DNA from: Phyllobates terribilis
Lineage: Eukaryota
Length of the DNA: 64,000 nucleotides
Assembly: GCF_046119375.1 (NCBI RefSeq)
Contig: NW_027362770.1
Coordinates: 72,168,001 to 72,232,000 of the forward strand
Reading direction: 5' to 3'
Part shown: one piece after another, positions 42,905 through 64,000 of the stretch
How the letters are laid out: every line of letters starts with the position of its first letter
Position numbering within the stretch: position 1 is the stretch's first letter
Translations under genes and position numbers: made by a program
The notes under the pieces: model-generated
The model's input: only the letters and a program-made list of their open reading frames with translations
What the model was told of the DNA's origin: nothing
Database searches by the model: none

Positions 42905-44367
42905 CCCTCTCCACACACACACTGCCCCTTCTCTCTCCACACACACACACACACACTGCCCCTTCTCTCTCTCCCCACACACACACACACTGCCCCTTCT
43001 CTCTCTCCCCACACACACACACACTGCCCCTTCTCTCTCTCCCCACACACACACACACTGCCCCTTCTCTCTCTCCCCACACACACACACACTGCCCCTT
43101 CTCTCTCTCCCCACACACACACACTGCCCCTTCTCTCTCTCCCCACACACACACACACTGCCCCTTCTCTCTCTCCCCACACACACACACACACTGCCCC
43201 TTCTCTCTCTCCCCACACACACACACACTGCCCCTTCTCTCTCTCCCCACACACACACACACTGCCCCTTCTCTCTCTCCCCCCACACACACACACACTG
43301 CCCCTTCTCTCTCTCCCCCCACACACACACACACTGCCCCTTCTCTTTCTCCCCACACACACACACACTGCCCCTTCTCTCTCTCCCCACACACACACAC
43401 ACACTGCCCCTTCTCTCTCCCCACACACACACACACACTGCCCCTTCTCTCTCTCCCCACACACACACACACTGCCCCTTCTCTCTCTCCCCACACACAC
43501 ACACACTGCCCCTTCTCTCTCTCCCCACACACACACACACTGCCCCTTCTCTCTCTCCCCACACACACACTGCCCCTTCTCTCTCTCCCCACACACACAC
43601 ACACTGCCCCTTCTCTCTCTCCCCACACACACACACACTGCCCCTTCTCTCTCTCCCCACACACACACTGCCCCTTCTCTCTCTCCCCACACACACACAC
43701 ACTGCCCCTTCTCTCTCTCCCCACACACACACACACTGCCCCTTCTCTCTCCCCACACACACACACACTGCCCCTTCTCTCTCTCCCCACACACACACTG
43801 CCCCTTCTCTCTCTCCCCACACACACACTGCCCCTTCTCTCTCTCCCCACACACACACACTGCCCCTTCTCTCTCTCCCCACACACACACACTGCCCCTT
43901 CTCTCTCTCCCCACACACACACACTGCCCCTTCTCTCTCTCCCCACACACACACACTGCCCCTTCTCTCTCTCCCCACACACACACACTGCCCCTTCTCT
44001 CTCTCCCCACACACACACACACTGCCCCTTCTCTCTCTCCCCACACACACACACTGCCCCTTCTCTCTCTCCCCACACACACACACTGCCCCTTCTCTCT
44101 CTCCCCACACACACTGCCCCTTCTCTCTCTCCCCACACACACTGCCCCTTCTCTCTCTCCCCACACACACTGCCCCTTCTCTCTCTCCCCACACACACAC
44201 TGCCCCTTCTCTCTCTCCCCACACACACACACTGCCCCTTCTCTCTCTCCCCACACACACACACTGCCCCTTCTCTCCCTCTCCCACACACACACTGCCC
44301 CTTCTCTCTCTCCCACCCAGCCTACACTACACTGCCCCTTCTCTCTCTCCCCACACACACTGCCCCT
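42905..44367. repeat. Compound minisatellite, truncated by the gap (copy A)
   Basis: ~34-bp unit CTGCCCC-TT(CT)n-CCCC-(AC)n. Irregular bases appear near the gap. Confidence 0.97.
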
Positions 44368-44467
44368 NNNNNNNNNNNNNNNNNNNNNNNNNNNNNNNNN
44401 NNNNNNNNNNNNNNNNNNNNNNNNNNNNNNNNNNNNNNNNNNNNNNNNNNNNNNNNNNNNNNNNNNN
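44368..44467. other. Assembly gap (100 N)
   Basis: Run of exactly 100 N, a common placeholder for a gap of unknown size. Confidence 0.99.
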
Positions 44468-45366
44468 GCAGACTGTTTTACAAGCGTTTTCGCGGCCGTA
44501 AAAACGCTACAAGAACGCTACGTGGGCACATAAAGAAGACTGACATTTTCCCTAAAAAGGAAGCTAACAATACTGGTAGCCAATAATATAAACTTTACTT
44601 TAGAATGCAATTGACTGAAACACATTCGCGACCCCTGGTCCTGCCGGCATTCTGTTTCAAACATCTGAAATTTAGTCGGATGAATTTGTTAAACCTAAAT
44701 CCATTCCAAAAATCATGCTTTGTAGCGAGCAGTTTCCAGTTTAGTGAATGTACTTATGGTTGGGAGATCAACACAACAGCCGCGTGGGAGGTGAAGCATT
44801 AAACACTCTTCCTGGGGCTGAAAAATGAGGCCAAACAGGTCTAGAGAAAAAAACCGTCTATTCAGGTCCTAAACTGCCTTTATTATAGTTGGTGCTTTTT
44901 CGGCTTTGCCTTCACATCGTCAGGGGGCCCAATCCATCATTTATTGAAGTCATGGGTTTTTTTTGTTTGTTTTGTGTGATATTTGCTGACATTTGTTGCC
45001 CCAAATCTTTCAAAATGGTGCACGTGGTTTATAAATTTGAAACCAATTCAAAAATGCTTTTTATTTTGTATTTGACCAGTTTTTGCGACATTTTAACACC
45101 AAAATTCACAAATTCTTTAAAAAGTCCCAAAAATGCATCAAATCGAAAACGCCCCCACAGAAATGACTCAAGGACAGGACTGGAGCGAGAGGTACCAAAA
45201 AAACACAACATTTGGTCAAAGTTGCATTTCATCAATCGGTCTACAACATTTAGATAAGCAAAACTGTTGAAGAATAAAAAAACGACTTATAAAGAAAGAC
45301 AATTTAAAAAGTGTCGCAAAACATAAAGGGCCCAAGCATTAAGGGGCTTTGTACACACCAGCCTTA

Positions 45367-45552
45367 GGCCATGTTCCCTCCTTCAGTATTTGGTCAGTAT
45401 TTTACCTCAGTATTTATAAACCAGGAGTGGCTGATAAATACGAGTGGTGACGTGTTTCCATTATACTTTTCCTCTGATTGTTCCACTCCTGGTTTTGGCT
45501 TAAAAATACTGAGTTAAAATACTGACCAAATACTGAATATGTGAACATGGCC
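45367..45552. mobile_element. Small Harbinger-like MITE (copy B)
   Basis: Duplicate of 29610-29795. Confidence 0.8.
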
Positions 45553-46011
45553 TTAATGAAGGGCTTGCTGGAGTGCAAATTTGTTAAGAAGAGCATTAAA
45601 CTTAATGAATTTGGTGCATGGTCTCAGTGGCGTGCACCTTCATGCGCCTCACCAGAAATGCTATTCTAGTCATAGTCTGGAGTAGCCTTTCTGGCATAAG
45701 AAACCCTGGCACTTTTGATAAATTTGACGGGCAGGTGTAGCCACGCCTCATCTCTTCTCCAGCTTTTCCCATTTTAGCATGAAAATGGCAAAAGTCCCAA
45801 CATTTTTGTGCAAGTCTGCATTGTATAAAAAGTTGAGACTTTTCAAAGTGTTTTTACGCCAGTTTTCTGGTGTCAAAGCGTTGATTAATCAGGGCCCTAG
45901 AAAATAAGGTGCAAATAGTAAAGCCACTGAAAAAGAAACAGCAACGATGAATCAGGGCCATAGAGTTTCATTAGAAGACTGCCGGTGCCACCACCAAAGG
46001 CCCCATATAGT

Positions 46012-46307
46012 CAGGGCTGTGGAGTCGGTAAGCCAAACCTCCGACTCCTCAATTTCCATGACTCCGACTCCCTCATACGCGGCTCATGTGTAAGTGATAA
46101 ATTTACTGTAGCACAGATTCATCTCAGCTAAAAGTCTAGACCCTTAGATCAGGAATAGGACAGACATTTATAGGACATTTCATAACTTTCCCAAATTCTT
46201 ATGAAAAAATAATCCCCACAAACTGCATTGAACTACTGTACCCAATTTATTATATATTTTAGGAGTCAGTTGGTCCATTTTATACTGACTCCGACTCCAC
46301 AGTCCTG
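46012..46307. mobile_element. hAT-type MITE (copy B)
   Basis: Duplicate of 30255-30550, TSD CATATAGT. Confidence 0.9.
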
Positions 46308-46664
46308 CATATAGTAACAGTCTTTTTGTTGGGCTGTAGTCCATGTAGATCCTGACCCCACGTAATAATGAGGCGTTATACTTAAAGATCTAAATTATAA
46401 AAGCAAATTACTACTACTACAGCTTTAACTTTCCATTTCATGATTTGCATTGCAACATTTAAATGCGTTTTTATTGCTGAATCTCTTGGGGGCATATTTG
46501 TGTAAAAGAGCCCGTTAAAAAAAAAAAAAAAAAAAAAATGAAAAGCAAAAGGGGACATCACACATGTGAGCAGATCTCCCCCACATTACTGCCATTGTAA
46601 TGTGAGCTAGCAGTACACTAGCTTTTCACCGCAAATTTTAACAGCAGATCTCCCTAGTGTTTAA

Positions 46665-47517
46665 GGCTGTGTTCACACGATGCGTATTTCATGCGTTTCC
46701 GCAGTTGCGTAAACGCCGCGGAAACGCATGAAAAACGCATGGTAGAAGGGAAGCAATGTTCCCCAATGGAAATCCGCATGTGCTGTGCCCATGATGCGGA
46801 TTTTTCCGCAGCGTTAACGCTGCGGTCAAAAATCCGCAGCATGTCAATTAATTTTGCGGAAACGCAGCGATTTCGCCGCCATTGACTTGCATTAGAACGC
46901 GCCAATTCCGCAAGACAGCATTTGTACTTGCGTAATTGGTGCGTTCTAATGTGCGGATGGTACCCGGGTGTGGAGGAGAGGAGAGTCTCATCCACACCCA
47001 GGTACCATTAAAAAAGCTGTAAAAAGAAGAATAAAATAAAAAATAAATGTATTCTTACCATCTGTCGGCCCGCGCAGCGCTCCCGCTTGGTTCCCGGCAC
47101 TTGCAGTGAGTTGTAGGACCTGCGGTGACGTCAGAGTCATGTGACGGGTCACGTGACGCTGACGTCGGCAGGTCTTTCAATTCAAAGTTGCCGGCGAGGG
47201 AGAACAGATTGAGCAGGACAGCGCGGGCCATCAGAGGTAAGTATATACACTCTCTCGGGTCACACTGTATAAATCCATGCTGTTTGCATGGATTTATATA
47301 GTGTGACCTAGTTATCAAGCACTTTCCAGGTGATTCTAACATCGCCTGGAAAGCGCTTGTGAATCTGCATGCGGAAACGCATGTGAATCTGCATGTGGAT
47401 CCGCATGTATTCTGCAGGAAAAACGCATGCACAATCTGCATGCGTTTTTTCTGCCAGGGAGATGCAGAAATGATGCAGAAATTTTCTGCTTCATTTCTGC
47501 ATCGTGTGCACATAGCC
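46665..47517. mobile_element. Harbinger-like MITE, hairpin/CRE family (copy B)
   Basis: Duplicate of 30908-31760. Confidence 0.88.
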
Positions 47518-49520
47518 TAAAAGTGGAAAATATCAAACCCTTTTCCATTAAAAACAAATGCAAGAGAATCTGGCTGATTATGACATCACTTGACTGAAGA
47601 GCTGAGTGTCTGTGCTCCGATGGTCTTGCATGAGATAATTGCAGCACAGGTGCGGAGGAGACGGGGAAAGTTGGCGTCCGATGTTTCACGTGCCCCCTTA
47701 GACTTGTGTGGGTGTGCGTGATCCGATTCTCGCTTGTACTTGCTGCGATTGTTTTCTCAGGCTGAATCGGCACTGCACCGTGGCATATCATTGGGCCGAG
47801 TGCCATCTGATAAAACCAATAGTCACCAGTGCTGCTCATGTCAGGGGCTGGGCACGGCCCAGTCTCCCCTGCGCACAGCCGGTGCAGGGACAGCCCAGCC
47901 CCTGACATGAGCAGCACTGGTGACTATTGGTTTCAGGAAGGGGGCAGAGGCTGTGGCACTGACTGCAGCCTCTGCCCCTGATGCTTCGAGTATCCCAGCA
48001 TGCACTGGTGACAAAGCAAATAGTAATCAGACTGGAAATAGAAAAAAAAATAAAATACACTAGCCATTAGTGTAGTTAGGGAATTTTTAAAGCAAATGTG
48101 TTAGTCCCATAATCTAAGCTATTTTCTAAGTAGATCAGGAGTTAGGAGGTAAATTACTTTGCCTTCGGACCACTGCTTTAAACACAGTATACACTGATGC
48201 CATCCATGTGCTGTACTGGTTTTTCAAGGACCCATAGACTTGTATTGGCCCTTGTCAGCAGTGCGGCCAGAAAAAAACCCAAAGACATGTCTAAATGAAG
48301 TTATGTATGGACACAATCAGTGAAACAAAACACGGACATGTGAATAGCACCATTGATTATAATGGGTAAGCGTTATATCTCCGAAAAAGACGACCCCAGA
48401 TGTGTACAAGGACGTCTGAATGAGGCTGAAGGTCATTGAACTGCTCAGCCATGTCAGAGGTGCAGAGGACTCCTTTCTTTGGTCACATTGTGCAGATACA
48501 TGGGGGATTCATAAGTCAGCAGTCACACAGTCACTGCAATCTTATCACTTTTGACCAGACAGCCCAGAAAATAGTGTATGTAACCTAAACATTAGAAATC
48601 CTTCGCATCTCCTCAGCTCGTTTCTAAAAGGTACATTTTGACAATGTGTGGAGAACACACGGCTCGGATGACTCCTGTAGTGCGTCACTCATGTTCATTC
48701 CCCACCTGTTGCTTTTTACTGAGAGAAGACACAGGGCACTTTTTCCTGCAGCACTTCAGGCAAACTGAACAGATCCGGCACAAAAAACCCTTCCGGTGGT
48801 GCTCTTGTTGGTCTGTAGATGGCAGCAGTGGGGCATGGTGTTTGTACCAGCTGCCTTTTCAGAGGACCTGGATGATACCCAGAACTGTAGTAATACTCCG
48901 CAAAATCCACAAAGTTTGTTTAAGATTTTGACTTCCCCATTGAACTCTGCTTTTGGGCCAATTGCAGATTCCCCCATTATCACATTTGGTAAATTTTCAT
49001 CCAATGAACTGCTACTGCTTGGGTATGTTCACATTGAGCATTCGCAGCGTTGTTTCACAGCAGCAATGAAGTGAATGCAATTCCTGAAAGCTCATCCACA
49101 TGCTGCTTATTTATTTTCTTGGTTAAATCTGCAGGATGTAAATTTTCACCAATGCATAAAGCTGCAACTAAACACGTAAGTGTGCACTATGCGGAGTCAT
49201 TCCTGCCAAGGGACTGCATTTTTAGTGCAAATAAATCCACTGCAGACAAGTGTGAACTTATCCCTATACACAATAGAGGTTCTACCTTAGTGGAAAACAG
49301 CAGTGTAAATGCTACGTGTGAACAAGCCATTATCCTGCAGGCAGAAATATAAGATGCCATGTAAATGAAGTATCACATATGTGCTGCAGGGAGATAAAAA
49401 AAAAAAAAAGGTACACTTTAGGTTCCTGGAGCCCATTTACAGTTCCAATACAGTGTCTTTGCTTTTTTCGTGTAGAAGTAACAAATTAAGCTTCACATTA
49501 TTAAGTACTTTGTTCACAAG

Positions 49521-49526
49521 TTTATT
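49521..49526 (-). terminator. PPP2CA: PPP2CA polyadenylation signal AATAAA
   Basis: CATAATAAACTTGTGAAC on the minus strand at the end of the 3' UTR. Resembles the human 3' end as recalled, not aligned. Confidence 0.7.
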
Positions 49527-50257
49527 ATGAAAAAAAAAGAAAAAAAAAAAAAAACATTGCCGCCTTGGATTGCAATGGTAACAGAAAGATCTGTCAAAAC
49601 TAACCTAAAACAATGAAGAGTGACAAAAATAATGCAGATTGGAACAAAAAAAACATGGCTGGGCATAGGTGGAAATAGACAAAAAAAAAAAAAAAAAAAA
49701 TTAGATTGTTTTCCCTGAAAATGAACACATTTCTGAAGTCACAGAAGAGGCAATGAAGGCCTTGGTACTTATTCTTTAAAGGTCCTTAAATCCCTTCACA
49801 CTGATGGAGGAAGCCCCAAAAGGCTGCAGCCCCCCACCCCCCCCAGAGAGCTAAAGGGTTTTCCAGACTGTCTATCCTTATCTACAATCATGCCAAGTAA
49901 AGCTATTGCTAAATGGAGTTAAAATTGGATTCACGAGGCGTTAATGTTTACATCATAATTTTGTCGAAGTCTGAGAAAGCAAAAAGGAACTACAAGTAGT
50001 GCTATGCCAGAAAACTGGGATTGGGTTTCCTTGACAGACAGACATGTCACTTCAGCATGCAATGAACGGGTCTTTTCTAATGTGGTCACGGGCTGTTGAG
50101 ATGAGAGGCTTTGCTTTTGTATATGGCACATCTTTTGGTCCATTTGAGAACAGTACGTGTGACAAATGCTCTCTCCTGACTGAAGTTACTGCTCCTCTTC
50201 TTGGCTCCCAGGTCATAATCCTGATTGTGGCAATACTGTACAAGTGTAAAATTCCAT

Positions 50258-61984
<11,727 letters not shown>

Positions 61985-62830
61985 GCTGAGAGTGCGGGGA
62001 AGCCGGGCTGTGGCCGCGGGAAGGACCGGGGAGATGGACCACAGAGGCCGCTGTCAGAGGTGCTCTAATCTAAGCGGATCCAGAAGACGCGATGTGACAG
62101 CCCCGCCGTGCACAGCAATCCGGGAATCACAACAGCCCGGCACCCAGTCAGATCCCAGTCTCCGTAGGAAATGCAGCTTCTCCCCGGAGCGCCGGCTCGT
62201 CACGTCCCAGCCTCTCCTGCTCCGTGTAATGGCCGCCGTGACGTCATGTACCCCTCCTTTATCGCTATCACCTCCTCCCCGAGCCTGTGCTCAGCTCCCG
62301 CTCCAAACGCCATTTCCGGTGCTCGGAGCCCCGCCCACTCGCTTTCATTTATTGCGGGCCAGCACGTTGTGAGGGTGTGTGCGGTGACGTCAGCGCGCAC
62401 AGTGGGGGCGGGGGCGCTTCCTGCAGCAGTACAGTGTGCAGAATGCTGGGTGAGGTCATTGCTGCTGCCACTGGCTGATAGGAGGCTGCATGGCGGTGCG
62501 GTGTGTGCAGTGGAGTCATTCTGGGGGACAGGATAGCATGTCTATTACTGGCTTTATAATCAGTGAGATACCACTGTGGGTATATGAATGACCTCACGTG
62601 ATTAAAAACTGACTAGCTGAATCCTTCTAAGCTCTATGTAGAAACAGGAGGACAATTTTCCCTGTATGAGTCATCAGTCACTGAAAAAGTCCCTGGCAGG
62701 GAGAGGAGGGAGCAGCTGGGTCAGGGGTTGAAAAGGGGAATGATAAATGCAGGGACAAGAGACTTCCTGTTTCTACATAGAGCAGAAAAAAGAGAATTAT
62801 CTGGGTAGAAAGGGAAACTGAGCAATAGTA

Positions 62831-63555
62831 CGAGGGTCAGTCAATAAGTAATGCCTCCTATTTTTTTTTTCCTTTTAATTGGCAAGAAATTACATAGGTT
62901 GAAAACCACAACATTAACAATTAATTTGTCACTTTTCAACATAATCTCCATCCATTTCCACAGTCTTGGTCCACCGTTTAACAAGGGCATGTATTCCAGC
63001 ATGGTAAAAAGCATTCTTGGTACCCACCGTGCACAAACTTTTCTGTATCCCAGTTGTCCAATAATTTTCATCACACTGCCTTTACTGAGGCAGATAATGC
63101 CACACAATTCATCTGCAGTCACCCGGCGGTCACCACGAATGATGTCATCGACTCACTGAATGCTGCTTGGAGTCACTGCAGTTACTGGCCTGCCACTTCG
63201 CATTTTGTCAGCCAACGGTGATGGCCCTTCAGCTGTGTTACAGGGACAAACCCATCGTCTAACAGTACTGACATCCACTGTTGCATCACCGTACACATTT
63301 TTCAGTCTGTCATGAATTCGAATGGGCGTTTCACCTTCTGCATGCAAGAATTCAATCACAGAACGCTGTCTAATACGAACATCGATGTCAGCCATTTTGC
63401 AAACGGATACAGTCCTGCCACCTGTTGGTGCAGGAAGTTGCAATTGCTGTGGATTGGAGAAGAAGGTTTGAGGAATTGTGCTAAATTCGAATATTTAACA
63501 TAACTACCTTATTTAAGGAGAAAAAAAATAGGCATTACTTATTGACTGACCATCG
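62831..63555 (-). mobile_element. mariner internal-deletion derivative
   Basis: TA TSDs. 25-bp TIRs CGAGGGTCAGTCAATAAGTAATGCC (1 mismatch). Transposase N-terminus MADIDVRIRQRSVIEF...RSGRP...ARWVPR fused to the C-terminal GIHALVKRW...GDYVEK*. Catalytic domain deleted, one in-frame stop. Confidence 0.9.
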
Positions 63556-63631
63556 TAATTACACAGTGCTATATAATATGATGACTGCGATATATTTAGA
63601 GAATAAATACTTAGATGGGAAGAGTGCTACT

Positions 63632-63910
63632 TTGACCCCTTCACAATCTTGCGAATTTCCATTTTTGCACTTTTGTTTTTTCCTCCCCTTTTTCCCAGAG
63701 CCATAACTTTTTATTTTTTCGTCAAAATGGCCGCATGAGGGCTTGATTCTTGCGGGATGAGTTGTACTTTTGAATGACAGCATTAATTTTACCAAATGGT
63801 GTACTGGAAAACAATAAAAAATTCCAACTGCAATGAAATTGGAAATAAAGTGCAATTCCACAATTGTTTTGGGGTTTTTCATTCACCGTGTTCACTTTAC
63901 AGTAAAACTG
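63632..63910. mobile_element. Left fragment of a piggyBac-like element (family of 36186-38198)
   Basis: TTGA-CCCCTTC start and homology to 36186-36405. Confidence 0.65.
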
Positions 63911-64000
63911 ACCTTCCTTCTTTTTTTTTTTAAAGTCATTCTCAATGGGTCCAGGGTAGTGTTGAGCCACCCCCGTAGTGTTCGAGTTCGGTTCGGTTCG

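Noticed and set aside
42702-44586. 466-607 aa ORFs on both strands
   Set aside because: The repeat unit cannot form stop codons, the translations are just HT/CPFSLSP or CV/GERE repeats, and the two longest run through Ns.

Overview
Vertebrate genomic DNA, probably a frog judging from the repeat families (inference). Two intron-containing housekeeping genes lie on the minus strand in the conserved vertebrate order. SKP1 has 5 coding exons (163 aa, 15433-20118). PPP2CA has 7 coding exons (309 aa, 50258-61984). All splice sites and frames were traced by hand. Bases 70-12570 are a complete but decayed DIRS1-type tyrosine-recombinase retrotransposon with inverted termini and an internal complementary region. 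It is interrupted by a hAT MITE, a full-length Ty1/copia element and a TTAA-targeting element built of alternating palindromes. The rest of the window is dense in Harbinger-, hAT-, Kolobok-, piggyBac-like, Tc1/mariner, L2 and SINE remnants. Bases 28711-44367 recur at a constant offset of 15757 after a 100-N gap, giving a promoterless second copy of PPP2CA exons 2-7; this is most likely an unmerged contig overlap. A ~3 kb compound CT/CA minisatellite sits in PPP2CA intron 1 and explains all the 466-1079 aa ORFs. No rRNA, tRNA gene or CRISPR array was seen. No clearly new biological system was found. The best leads are the 8-bp DIRS crossover core, a predicted intron in DIRS gag, a MITE family carrying a CRE, splice donors and a hairpin, and the intron-1 minisatellite.
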